NCBI GenBank assembly: GCA_012839215.1 | Contig: DUNV01000125.1 | Span: forward strand, 1 to 53,991 | DNA: 53,991 nt | Reading direction: 5' to 3' | Source: Bacillota bacterium | Lineage (GTDB): Bacteria > Bacillota > Dethiobacteria > DTU022 > UBA8154 | Shown: positions 20,328-29,611 of the stretch, piece after piece | Layout: each line of letters opens with the position of its first letter | Position numbering within the stretch: position 1 is the stretch's first letter | The notes under the pieces: model-generated | What the model was told of the DNA's origin: nothing | Database searches by the model: none | What the model saw: the letters and a program-made list of their open reading frames with translations, nothing else | Program-made: the position numbers and the translations under genes

Positions 20328-21719
20328 TTAGGGGCTGAAAAAACTAAGGGGATTTATAGTTGTGCCGTATATCCCACCTGTGCGGACCTCAAAATGCAAA
20401 TGGCATCCTGTCGCCCTTCCCGTACTCCCCATACTGGCAATTACCTGTCCCCGGCTGACGGCCTGGCCGCTAGAGACCTTATTCTGGGAATTATGCCCAT
20501 AGCGGGTATAATAATAGCCATGGAAAATAACAATGGTATTACCATAGCCCCCATCCCAACCCTCGTAGACAACCACACCACTATCAGCCGCCAGCACGGG
20601 AGTATTTTTCCCTGCACCAATGTCCACCCCGGCATGGAACCCGCTTCCACGCCACCCATAGTTGGAGGTAATCCGGCCTCCCCCCTGAACAGGCCAAAGA
20701 AAATTCCCGGTTCCCTTGGAAGGGATATCCGAAGTTCCCTTGGCTACGAGCTGTGGCTCAGGTTCGGCAATTACTTTTTGCGTGACGATTTCCCGGGAGA
20801 TCTCCTTTCCGTTTTCCCTGGTAATCTGATATTCTATTTCCTTTACCCCGGGTTTTCCCTCTTCAACAATTTTACTTTGCAACTTCCAAAGGGAATCATC
20901 ATAACAATACCTAGTCTCAAAAGGAATTTTTTCCTTCACGATGAGCCGTTCGACAGTAAAAACATTAACCATCGGCTCGGGAACAATGAGATTAATTTCA
21001 TCCCCAATCTGCAATTTTTCCCCATTAAGCTGGGGATTGGCCTCTTTCAACCCATCGACGGAAAGACTGTAATCCCGGGCAATTTTCCATAAGGAGTCTC
21101 CCCGGGAAACGAGATAGGTTTCCTTGCGATCGGTGCCCCTTAGCAGAACAGATGCCAGTGTTTCGGGATCACAAATTTCCTCAGGGTAATAAAAACCATC
21201 CCGGGTAGTTACTTTTTCCGCTGTTTCAACATTCTTTAGTAAAACATTTTCCTCCTTGGGGATAAAGGCACTGGCCACCATTTCATGCAAGAGGTCCACA
21301 TCTTCCTCTGAATTGAGAGGCAACACCTCTTTACCGTTGACTATCACCATTTTCGCTGCGACTTTATAGCTGAGCATATTGTGAAGTTGTGCAAACACCT
21401 TTTCCGGTTCTCCCTCCCGCAGGGGAAGAAAAACTTTTTTTGCTACGACCTCCTCAGCTACCCTGGCAGGCCGGCCATAGTACTCTGCCGCTTCGCTTTC
21501 CAGTGTACAGAGAATTTCCTCCAGTTCCTCTTCATTGGCCAGCAGGCCAACTTCCAGGCCATTAACCTCCACCATATAGAGATCGCCCTTTTGCGAAAGG
21601 AAAAAATACATACTTCCCCAGAGAATAAAGCTGCAAAGCAGGAAAAAAAGAACCTGCCTCTGATAATCGGCACACTTATCGATAAAATCCGGTACTTCCC
21701 CCACCCTTGGCAGTTTCAT
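20328..21719 (-). CDS. Membrane-anchored LysM / G5-like / M23 peptidoglycan metalloendopeptidase
   Basis: N-terminal TM. LysM YLVSRGDSLWKIARDYSLSVDGLKEANPQL. G5-like PGVKEIEYQITRENGKEISREIVTQKVIAEPEPQLVAKGT. M23 motifs HAGVDIGA and GSTGRATGCHLHFEV. Confidence 0.88.
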   Translation of the reverse strand: MKLPRVGEVPDFIDKCADYQRQVLFFLLCSFILWGSMYFFLSQKGDLYMVEVNGLEVGLLANEEELEEILCTLESEAAEYYGRPARVAEEVVAKKVFLPLREGEPEKVFAQLHNMLSYKVAAKMVIVNGKEVLPLNSEEDVDLLHEMVASAFIPKEENVLLKNVETAEKVTTRDGFYYPEEICDPETLASVLLRGTDRKETYLVSRGDSLWKIARDYSLSVDGLKEANPQLNGEKLQIGDEINLIVPEPMVNVFTVERLIVKEKIPFETRYCYDDSLWKLQSKIVEEGKPGVKEIEYQITRENGKEISREIVTQKVIAEPEPQLVAKGTSDIPSKGTGNFLWPVQGGGRITSNYGWRGSGFHAGVDIGAGKNTPVLAADSGVVVYEGWDGGYGNTIVIFHGYYYTRYGHNSQNKVSSGQAVSRGQVIASMGSTGRATGCHLHFEVRTGGIYGTTINPLSFFSP

Positions 21720-21952
21720 TCAAACCCTCCTTGCTAATCAGCCCCGTCTAAAAAAAACAATGGACGAATATTAAATTTGTTAAGTATAGTTAACAATAAG
21801 TTTACTAATTCGTCCCCGGAGGGGAAATTCCTGCCAACAATTCAAAAAAAATAATTAAATTTTTTAATAAAATTGCATATTTTTATAATATGCAGCCATA
21901 AGGGGAAATGCTACAATATTTTCATACAATTGCACATCCCCCCTGCTAATCG

Positions 21953-23293
21953 TCATTCCTCCTTCTTATGCGTTAAATTCAGGAATTTATTAAAGTAATC
22001 CATAAAATAAAGCTCGAATTTTCCTGTCGGGCCATTTCGCTGCTTGGAAATAATAATTTCTGTAATATGCTTTTTTTCTGTTTCCGGATGGTAATAATCA
22101 TCGCGGTAAATAAAAATTACCACATCGGCGTTGGCCTCAATACCCCCCGATTCCAGTAGATCGCTGAGAATAGGGCGCTTGTCCACCCTTTGTTCAACGG
22201 CCCGGCTCAGCTGTGATAGCGCCACAACCGGACAGTTAAGCTCCTTGGCCAGGGCTTTAAGCGAACGGGAGATGGCCGATATTTCCTGCTGCCGGTTTTC
22301 AGCCTTTCCCTGGCCCTTCATCAACTGCAGATAATCGACAAATACTGCCGAAAGACCCCTTTCCATTTTAAGACGGCGAGCCTTGGCCCTCATCTCCATA
22401 ACGGAAATGGAGGCAGCATCATCAATATAGAGGGGTGCTTCGGAAAGCGGCCCAACGGCATTGACAATTTTCGGCCATTCATCCTGCGAAAGAAATCCCC
22501 TGCGCAGGCGCTGTGCATCAATTTCGCCATATGAGCAAAGCATCCTTTGGGCCAACTGATCCCTGGACATTTCCAAGCTAAAAAAAGCGACAGGTTTGCC
22601 CTTGTTTACGGAAATTTCTTGGGCAATATTGAGTGCGAGCGTGGTTTTCCCCATGCTGGGACGCGCCGCCACAATGATCAGATCGGAGTCCTGTAACCCC
22701 GACGTAAGGTTGTCCAGCTCAATAAAACCTGTGGACAGCCCGGTAACGCCGCCCTTTTTTTGTTTGAGCTGATCCAGCTTTTCAAATGTTTCCTCCAAGG
22801 CCTCTTTGAGGGGAACAAAAGTGCTGCTGCCCTTGCTTCCGGCAATTTCGAAAATAGCCTGTTCCGCCCTATCCAAAAATTCTTCGACATCTTCTATGTA
22901 ATCATAACTTTGACCGACGATTTCCGTTGCCGTGCGTATCAAACGGCGTAAAATGGCTTTTTCCTGAACTATCCGCGCATAATAGGCTGCATGGGCTGCC
23001 GTGGGTGTTATGTTGGCCAATGTAGCCAGGTAGGCAGCACCGCCCACCTTTTCCAAAAGATTTTTCTTCTCCAATTCGGCGCAGATCGTGACCAGGTCAA
23101 CAGGTTCATTTTTATCAGCCAAGGAGACAATGGATTGAAAAATTTCCTGATGTACTTCGCGGTAAAAGTCCTCCGAGGTTATAAGCTCTGTTACCTCCAA
23201 AAGGGCATCCTTATCGATAAGCATAGAACCAAGAACTGACTGTTCGGCCTCGAGGTTTTGGGGGGGTAATTTTTGTTTCACCTCAGCATTCAC
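21953..23293 (-). CDS. dnaB: Replicative DNA helicase
   Basis: PPQNLEAEQSVLGSML and Walker A ARPSMGKTTLALNIA. GTG 23293 has AAAGGAG 8 nt upstream and forms a GTGA overlap with the stop of the upstream lon-like gene, so it is preferred over the track start 23302. Confidence 0.95.
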   Translation of the reverse strand: MNAEVKQKLPPQNLEAEQSVLGSMLIDKDALLEVTELITSEDFYREVHQEIFQSIVSLADKNEPVDLVTICAELEKKNLLEKVGGAAYLATLANITPTAAHAAYYARIVQEKAILRRLIRTATEIVGQSYDYIEDVEEFLDRAEQAIFEIAGSKGSSTFVPLKEALEETFEKLDQLKQKKGGVTGLSTGFIELDNLTSGLQDSDLIIVAARPSMGKTTLALNIAQEISVNKGKPVAFFSLEMSRDQLAQRMLCSYGEIDAQRLRRGFLSQDEWPKIVNAVGPLSEAPLYIDDAASISVMEMRAKARRLKMERGLSAVFVDYLQLMKGQGKAENRQQEISAISRSLKALAKELNCPVVALSQLSRAVEQRVDKRPILSDLLESGGIEANADVVIFIYRDDYYHPETEKKHITEIIISKQRNGPTGKFELYFMDYFNKFLNLTHKKEE

Positions 23294-25221
23294 CTGGGGC
23301 ACTCCTTTACCAATATCCTGGGCAGCAATTCCTCGATATAATTGATATAAATAACCTCCATATCCTGAAACGTGGAAGGGAGTTCACATAAATTTTCAGC
23401 GGGGAGACAAACACAGGTAATACCGGCTACCCTTGCACCATAAAGTTTTTCAAACAATCCCCCCACCGGTTTGACTTTTCCCTGCAGGGAAAGCTCCCCG
23501 CTAACAGCAATATCCTGCCTGAGGGGAACCTGCATCAAGGTACTGTAAAGGGCCAGAAATAGGGCGGCGCCAGCAGAGGGGCCATCAATATTTCCTCCCC
23601 CCACTACATTAAAATGCAGATCAAAGGCACTGATATCCATTCCGGTCAGTTTGCGTAAAACTGATGCAGCATTGTAAACTGAGTCCCGCGCCATCGAACC
23701 CGCTGCCTCATTAAAGCGTATTTTCCCCTTCCCCGCCACCGCACAGGGAAAGGAAACCACCTCGATTTCCAAAACGCTACCTAAATAACCAGCCGCCGCC
23801 AGACCATGGATCTTGCCTATCTGTGGAACCGATGTTTCTGGTAAAACAGCCGGAACAAGCCGGTTGCTTTGGATAACCTCCCTGGCAAGCTCTTCGGAGA
23901 TAAAGATTTTTTTATCATTTTTGTCCTCCCCGCCGGGCTGGGCAGAATACCGTGAATACATCGCCAGACCATAGGCATCGGCCAGTAGATTGACACCCTT
24001 TCTTCCCTCGCTGGTATTACGTGAAATCAATTGTGCCGCCTTGTCTGAAAGATCCACATTGAGTTTGACAGCGGCATTTTTTACAATTTCTGCAATACTT
24101 TCCGGTGAAAGAGGTTCAAAATAAACAGCACTGCAGCGGGAGCGAAGGGCAGAAGAAATATCTTCGGGGGATCTGGTCGTTGCTCCGATAAGGATAAAAT
24201 CAGCTGGAGCCCCTTCCCCGAACAGTTTATGTATATACTTGGGTACCTGTGGATCCGAAGGATCATAATAGGCAGAATCAAAAAACACCTTTTTATCCTC
24301 AAGTACTTTTAGCAGCTTGCTTTGGAGATAGGGATCCATTTCTCCTATCTCATCGATGAAAAGTACCCCGGTATGCGCCTCTGTAACAAGGCCGGGCTTC
24401 GGTTCGGGAATACCGCCCTCGCTAAAATCCCTCCTGGCCCCCTGGTAAATGGGATCATGAACTGAACCCAAAAGGGGGTTGGTCGTCTCCCTGGGATCCC
24501 AACGCAAAGTTGTCGCATCGACCTCCACAAACGGTGCCTCCGGGGAAAAAGGGGTGTGGGGCATTTTTTTTGCTGCCTCAAGAGCCAGACGGGCAGCAGC
24601 CGTTTTACCTATACCGGGGGGCCCATAAATAATTAAATGCTGGGGAAAAGGGGAGGCCAGCTTGGACATCAAAGCCCTTATTCCCTTTTCCTGTCCAATA
24701 ATTTCCTGCAGGGTGGAGGGGCGCAAAAAATCCATGGCTGAGCTGGACAGCGAAACAGAATGCATCTTCTCCACCCAGGCATACTTCTTGAGAGTTTGTG
24801 GATTTTCTGGGCCTCCTTCTTCCTTTAGAAGCTGTTTTTTCACCTCATGTATGTACTCTTCATGCCTTTCCTGCAGCTTTCTGCTAATCTTTTGTTCAAG
24901 GGATTCCTCCAACGTGCGATGGGCAAGATATTCCGCCGCCTGTTCCTCCATCTTATCCAGGATGGGTGGCAGCTCCGGGAGAGTGGGAACTGCCACCAGG
25001 GTTGGATCCCCTAAAAGAATCTTCTGTAAACCTAAAACCCTCTTTTCAAGCTGCCTGGAACGCATTAAGGACAGCGCATCTAGTTTGATGGCCTTGAGGA
25101 TCAGTTTATCTGCGCCATAAATATCGGCAAGCATATCATAAAAACTATTAACCCGTTGCCTTAGCCCATCCTGTCCTTTTTCCGGAAACCCCTGTAATAC
25201 ATTCATTTTATTTTTTTGCAT
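23290..25221 (-). CDS. lonC: Lon-family AAA+ protease, sporulation-type LonC/LonB-like
   Basis: Walker A IIYGPPGIGKTAAARLA, Walker B VLFIDEIGE, Lon catalytic Ser context DGPSAGAALFLALYS and Lys in GGLFEKLYGA. SD GAGGAA 5 nt before ATG 25221. Confidence 0.82.
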   Translation of the reverse strand: MQKNKMNVLQGFPEKGQDGLRQRVNSFYDMLADIYGADKLILKAIKLDALSLMRSRQLEKRVLGLQKILLGDPTLVAVPTLPELPPILDKMEEQAAEYLAHRTLEESLEQKISRKLQERHEEYIHEVKKQLLKEEGGPENPQTLKKYAWVEKMHSVSLSSSAMDFLRPSTLQEIIGQEKGIRALMSKLASPFPQHLIIYGPPGIGKTAAARLALEAAKKMPHTPFSPEAPFVEVDATTLRWDPRETTNPLLGSVHDPIYQGARRDFSEGGIPEPKPGLVTEAHTGVLFIDEIGEMDPYLQSKLLKVLEDKKVFFDSAYYDPSDPQVPKYIHKLFGEGAPADFILIGATTRSPEDISSALRSRCSAVYFEPLSPESIAEIVKNAAVKLNVDLSDKAAQLISRNTSEGRKGVNLLADAYGLAMYSRYSAQPGGEDKNDKKIFISEELAREVIQSNRLVPAVLPETSVPQIGKIHGLAAAGYLGSVLEIEVVSFPCAVAGKGKIRFNEAAGSMARDSVYNAASVLRKLTGMDISAFDLHFNVVGGGNIDGPSAGAALFLALYSTLMQVPLRQDIAVSGELSLQGKVKPVGGLFEKLYGARVAGITCVCLPAENLCELPSTFQDMEVIYINYIEELLPRILVKECPR

Positions 25222-25223
25222 TT

Positions 25224-25670
25224 TTATTCCTCGGTTTCAATAACTACTTGTATCGGCACGCGAACTTCCGGATGCAATTTGACCTGGATTTCATGCTCAC
25301 CCAATTCCTTTATCGGCTCTGCTAAATCAATTTTTCTCTTATCTATTTTAAAGCCTGCTTTGGCCATTACCTCAGCCAAATCTGCCGTGGTGACAGAACC
25401 AAAAAGGCGCCCTGATTCACCGGCCTTTACCTTGATGGCAAATGATCTTCCACTAAGCTTTTCGGCCACTTCTCTAGCTACCTTTTCCTCCTTGGCACTT
25501 TTCCTGTCCAAAATTTCTCTATTAGCCTCAAATGCCCGCATTTGGCCCGGGGTGGCCTCCACTGCCAACCCCCTGGGAATCAGAAAGTTGCGCGCATAAC
25601 CATCAGCAACTTCCCTGAGATCCCCCTTTTGCCCCAGGCTGGAGAAATCTTCAATTAAAATTACTTTCAT
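25224..25670 (-). CDS. rplI: 50S ribosomal protein L9
   Basis: MKVILIEDFSSLGQKGDLREVADGYARNFLIPRGLA, 148 aa. Confidence 0.96.
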   Translation of the reverse strand: MKVILIEDFSSLGQKGDLREVADGYARNFLIPRGLAVEATPGQMRAFEANREILDRKSAKEEKVAREVAEKLSGRSFAIKVKAGESGRLFGSVTTADLAEVMAKAGFKIDKRKIDLAEPIKELGEHEIQVKLHPEVRVPIQVVIETEE

Positions 25671-25812
25671 CTACTTCCTCAACTCCTTCCTACACCATAA
25701 ATTAATTCGCCCTGCTTTTTAAAACTTCCTTCTCCCACAAGTGGACTAGATTTTGTACAAATTCTCAACAATAGGCATTTTCCAGTTCTTTTGCCTAACC
25801 TTCCCCATACCT

Positions 25813-25845
25813 AAAAGCGGTAGCCCTTAGCGAGCTACCGCTTCT
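25813..25845 (-). terminator. Intrinsic terminator after rpsR
   Basis: GCGGTAGC 25817-25824 pairs with GCTACCGC 25834-25841 (8-bp stem, 9-nt loop) 6 nt after the rpsR stop. Followed on the minus strand by TTTTAGG. Confidence 0.6.
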
Positions 25846-25847
25846 TT

Positions 25848-26075
25848 TTACTCTGACGTATATGGTAAAAGGGCCATCTGTCTCGCTCGCTTAATGGCAG
25901 TTGTCAGTTGCCTCTGATGCCTGGCGCAGTTTCCAGAAATGCGCCTCGGCAAAATTTTACCTCGATCTGTAATAAAACGGCGAAGTTTTTCAGGAAACTT
26001 GTAATCAATATAATCGACCTTGTCAACACAAAACGAGCAAACCCTTTTTCTACCTTTTCTTTTCTCCCTTTTCAT
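25848..26075 (-). CDS. rpsR: 30S ribosomal protein S18
   Basis: 75 aa. [14 protein letters not shown] and [25 protein letters not shown]. Confidence 0.96.
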   Translation of the reverse strand: MKREKRKGRKRVCSFCVDKVDYIDYKFPEKLRRFITDRGKILPRRISGNCARHQRQLTTAIKRARQMALLPYTSE

Positions 26076-26165
26076 TTTTTAACACCGCCTTCATGCAAAA
26101 ATAACCAGCGCAAACATAGGATTTATGTTGCAAAGCTTTTCGGTTTGCCAATAGTAATGTTCCAT

Positions 26166-26573
26166 TTAAAAGGGTACATCATCGTCCTGCACGGCAAAGT
26201 TATCTTCACCGCTTTCAGGCGCGACCCTGTCCCTATCATCCGGACCATCCCTGCGCCCACCCAGGAAAGTTACATCGGAAGCAACAACATCTGCTGATGT
26301 CCTCCTGATACCTTCCCTGTCTTCATAGGAGTTGATCTGCAAGCGTCCTTCCACAGCAACCATTCTGCCCTTGGATAAGTAATTGGCACAGATTTCCGCC
26401 AGTTTTCTCCAGGTGACAATACGGATAAAATCGACATCCTTTTCGCCCTTCTGATTAGTAAAAGGACGTTCAACCGCCAAACTAAATGTCGTTACTGCTA
26501 CCCCCTCTGCAGCGGTGTAGCGCAGTTCCGGATCCCGTGTCAGCCGTCCGATCAATATGATCCTGTTTAACAT
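26166..26573 (-). CDS. ssb: Single-stranded DNA-binding protein
   Basis: MLNRIILIGRLTRDPELRYT OB-fold N-terminus and acidic C-terminal tip DDDVPF. Confidence 0.96.
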   Translation of the reverse strand: MLNRIILIGRLTRDPELRYTAAEGVAVTTFSLAVERPFTNQKGEKDVDFIRIVTWRKLAEICANYLSKGRMVAVEGRLQINSYEDREGIRRTSADVVASDVTFLGGRRDGPDDRDRVAPESGEDNFAVQDDDVPF

Positions 26574-26649
26574 TTCTTCACCCCATGATCAAACCGATTT
26601 CTGCCGCCCGGCTTACAGTCGCCCCCAAAAAGCTAAGACAACTGTCACT

Positions 26650-26997
26650 TTATGCTCCCTCTACATTTTCTTCGACGACTTCCTTGTTATTTTCCTTTTC
26701 CTTGCTATTTTTCTCCTCCAGGCGAATGACAATAAAACGCAAATAACCTTCAGTAACCTTAAAAAAGTGTTCTAAAACCGGTACGAAAGCGCTTTCGGCC
26801 TCGACATTGAGCAAAACATAAAAGCCTTCCTTAAAATCATTGATTTCATAAGCCAGCCTGCGTTTGCCTATCTTCTTAAGATTAACAATCCGGGCACCTT
26901 CCCTTTCCAAAAGCTCCTGGACCTTGTTGATAGCCTCCTCGAGAAGGTCGCCCTCCAAATCCGGCTGAATAAGATACATTATTTCGTACATAGGCAT
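26650..26997 (-). CDS. rpsF: 30S ribosomal protein S6
   Basis: MPMYEIMYLIQPD. ATG 26997 follows GGGAGGTGA. The track start GTG 27009 lies inside that SD. Confidence 0.94.
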   Translation of the reverse strand: MPMYEIMYLIQPDLEGDLLEEAINKVQELLEREGARIVNLKKIGKRRLAYEINDFKEGFYVLLNVEAESAFVPVLEHFFKVTEGYLRFIVIRLEEKNSKEKENNKEVVEENVEGA

Positions 26998-27103
26998 AGA
27001 TACGCTCACCTCCCTTCGGGCTAATGGTCTCCCCCCGGCCGGGGAAACAGGGTTAACGATGGATACGTAACCATCCCTCTCTACGAGGGACGTTTAGGGC
27101 ACA

Positions 27104-27132
27104 ATCATATCATACCTGATCCGGCCCTGCAA
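27104..27132 (-). promoter_or_regulatory. SigA-type promoter of rpsF-ssb-rpsR
   Basis: Minus strand: TTGCAG (27127-27132), 17-nt spacer, TATGAT (27104-27109). Leaves a leader of about 100 nt before the rpsF ATG. Confidence 0.5.
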
Positions 27133-27174
27133 GTAGATTCCAGGTCCAAAAAATCATAGTGGCAAGATGGGAAG

Positions 27175-28191
27175 CTAATTTGCCTTTTCCCCGATATAAC
27201 CGAAATAATCCATCAGGCTGCGAATAATCCCTGCAAGGGGTACGGCCATGATCATACCCAGTACACCCGCCAGTTGCTGGCCAACGAGGAGGGAAATAAT
27301 AATCGTAATGGGCTTTAGCCTGACAGCACGTCCAAGCAACATTGGAGTCAGCAAAAACCCGTCTACAGCCTGTACAGCAACATAGATAATAATTACAACG
27401 AGAAGTGATGGATTCTGGGGTGATAGACTCAAAAGTAGTGCCGGAATGGCAGCAACATAAGGACCAATGTAAAGAATAATATTTAATAGTCCGGCGACAA
27501 TGCCCAACAGAAGTGAATAAGGCATTCCGATAATAGAAAGAATGATGCCTGTTAAAAGGCCGACAATGGTACAACGGACTACATTCCCCCGGATATAATT
27601 GCCAATGTTACGATCAATGATAGCGATAAAAATTTCGCTGTATGCCTGATATCTGCCCGGTAAAATTTTAACCAGCATGAGACGTATATTCTTGAAATCG
27701 TAAAGCAGATAAAAAACCATAAACATAATTAGGAAAATATCTATAAAACCAGAAATAACCGATACACTAAAGGAGGCCAGCTCTTTAAGCGCCGGATGCA
27801 GATAGGTAAAGATATTGCGCACGAAACCAACAATTTCCGGCCCCAGATCAAAAGCCATCAGATAATCGGAAGCCTCTTCGATATACCGTTGCAGTTGAAC
27901 AATATATTTTGGTAAATCAATGGCAATTTCCTGAATCTCCCTCTGGACAACCGGGAAAACGAGGACTATCAGGATGAGGATAACAAACAGAAAACAAAGA
28001 AAAGTCACACCCACCGCCAAAAAGTGGCTTACATTTCTCTTCTTTTTTAAATATTCCGTGATGGGAAAAAGGACATAGACGATCAATAGGCTGATAACAA
28101 TTAATTGAATAACCCAGGAGATCTTAGAAACAAACCAAACCAACCCCAGGAGAGACAAGACCAGGAGAATAACCCTACCGCTGTTTGACAT
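27175..28191 (-). CDS. AI-2E (PerM/YdiK-like) family transporter
   Basis: 338 aa polytopic protein with the family-typical tail LGMIMAVPLAGIIRSL. Confidence 0.8.
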   Translation of the reverse strand: MSNSGRVILLVLSLLGLVWFVSKISWVIQLIVISLLIVYVLFPITEYLKKKRNVSHFLAVGVTFLCFLFVILILIVLVFPVVQREIQEIAIDLPKYIVQLQRYIEEASDYLMAFDLGPEIVGFVRNIFTYLHPALKELASFSVSVISGFIDIFLIMFMVFYLLYDFKNIRLMLVKILPGRYQAYSEIFIAIIDRNIGNYIRGNVVRCTIVGLLTGIILSIIGMPYSLLLGIVAGLLNIILYIGPYVAAIPALLLSLSPQNPSLLVVIIIYVAVQAVDGFLLTPMLLGRAVRLKPITIIISLLVGQQLAGVLGMIMAVPLAGIIRSLMDYFGYIGEKAN

Positions 28192-28219
28192 TGCGTTTTC
28201 CTTTCCAGGTTTGTTCCCG

Positions 28220-29320
28220 CTAGATATTGAAGCGAAAAGAGATCACATCACCATCCTGAACCAGATAATCCTTGCCTTCCAACCGCAGGATGCCCCTTTC
28301 CCTGGCCATAGCAAGCGACCCGGCATGCAACAACTCCTGCCACTGGATCACCTCCGCGGCGATGAAACCCCTTTCCATATCGCTGTGCACCTTGCCGGCA
28401 CCCTCCCTGGCGGTTGCCCCTTTTTTAACAGGCCAGGCCCGCGTCTCTTTTCCTTTGATCGTGAAAAAGGTGAGAAGATCCAGGCAAGAATAGCCGAGGC
28501 GGGTTACCTTGGACAGGCCACTTTCCTTAACCCCATATTCCTGCAGGAAAAATTCTTTTTCCCCATCTTCCAAGGAAAGCATCTCTACCTCTAGTGAAGC
28601 ACAAATGCTGAGGTACGGTGCTTCCCTTTCTTCGGCAACCTCCCTTGTTTCCTCGATTACTGCCTGGTAATCATTACTTTCCAGGCTTTCCTCGCCAATG
28701 TTAACAACAAAAATAACCGGTTTTTCTGTTAAAAGCTGCCAACTTTTGATCAGCTCCCTATCGCCGGTGTCTACCGGAAAACTTCTAACGGGCTTTCCAT
28801 CGTTAAGATGCTGAACAAGTTGCTCCAATATGGGCTTTTCCCGCAAAAGTTCCTTGCTCCCCCCCCTTAGCGATTTGGCTGTCCTGTCTAGGCGCTTTTC
28901 CAGCACAGCCAGATCGGCAAGGATGAGTTCTAGCTCCACAATTTCAATATCCCGGCGCGGGGAGGGGTTACCCGTCAAATGGGGTACATCGGGAGAATAA
29001 AAGCCACGGACAACATGAAGAAGAAGATCCATCTCCCTAATATTGGCCAGGAAACGATTGCCCAAACCTTCCCCCTTGCTGGCACCCTTGATGAGGCCGG
29101 CAATATCGATCATTGTTAATGTAGCCGGGGTTATCTTTTGGGCCCCAACTATTTCGCCCACCTGAATAAGCCGTCTGTCCTCAAGGGGAACAATACCCTT
29201 ATTGGGTTCTATTGTACAGAAAGGAAAATTTGCCCTTTCAACAGGAAAATTGGAAAGGGCTGTAAATAGTGTTGACTTTCCTACATTTGGCAAACCTACA
29301 ATTCCGCATTTAAACCCCAT
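28220..29320 (-). CDS. ychF: Ribosome-binding ATPase YchF
   Basis: MGFKCGIVGLPNVGKSTLF, DIAGLIKGAS, C-terminal TGS region. ATG 29320 has GAGGT 7 nt upstream; the track start 29365 is over-extended. Confidence 0.95.
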   Translation of the reverse strand: MGFKCGIVGLPNVGKSTLFTALSNFPVERANFPFCTIEPNKGIVPLEDRRLIQVGEIVGAQKITPATLTMIDIAGLIKGASKGEGLGNRFLANIREMDLLLHVVRGFYSPDVPHLTGNPSPRRDIEIVELELILADLAVLEKRLDRTAKSLRGGSKELLREKPILEQLVQHLNDGKPVRSFPVDTGDRELIKSWQLLTEKPVIFVVNIGEESLESNDYQAVIEETREVAEEREAPYLSICASLEVEMLSLEDGEKEFFLQEYGVKESGLSKVTRLGYSCLDLLTFFTIKGKETRAWPVKKGATAREGAGKVHSDMERGFIAAEVIQWQELLHAGSLAMARERGILRLEGKDYLVQDGDVISFRFNI

Positions 29321-29397
29321 AATCAATACCTCGATTTTAACTGTGCCATGATAGTATAACAGCAAAAACCAGGCCTTGTTGCCAAAACCCGTATCCT

Positions 29398-29580
29398 CTA
29401 TTCTGGGCCTGCCAAAACTTCTTTGACCATACGTTCAAATTTTGATCTGGGCAAAAGAACACTTCTGCCACATTTTAGGCACTTAATACGAAAATCCATG
29501 CCGACACGAATAATAAGCCAACGATCTTCCCCACAGGGATGTTTCTTTTTTAATCTTACTACCTGGCCCAGTTCGTACAT
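29398..29580 (-). CDS. DUF951 (YyzM-like) small protein
   Basis: 60 aa. LKKKHPCGEDRWLIIRVGMDFRIKCLKCGRSVLLPR. Conserved position next to ychF. Confidence 0.8.
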   Translation of the reverse strand: MYELGQVVRLKKKHPCGEDRWLIIRVGMDFRIKCLKCGRSVLLPRSKFERMVKEVLAGPE

Positions 29581-29611
29581 AATAACATCTCCCTATCCTG
29601 CAAGCAAGATG

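Noticed and set aside
20322-21092. 256-aa plus-strand ORF
   Set aside because: Antisense to the M23/LysM peptidase gene, which has strong domain motifs. No SD and no recognisable domains.
21720-21952. AT-rich 233-bp spacer after dnaB as a possible mobile-element scar or small gene
   Set aside because: It has no terminal repeats matching elsewhere in the window and no ORF above about 12 codons with an SD. It is better explained as the dnaB terminator hairpin (TGCATAT/ATATGCA) plus the peptidase promoter or operator.
27110-27574. 154-aa minus-strand Cys-rich ORF that would span the rpsF promoter region
   Set aside because: It is out of frame within the AI-2E transporter gene (27175-28191), which has coherent TM structure. 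Its composition is atypical.
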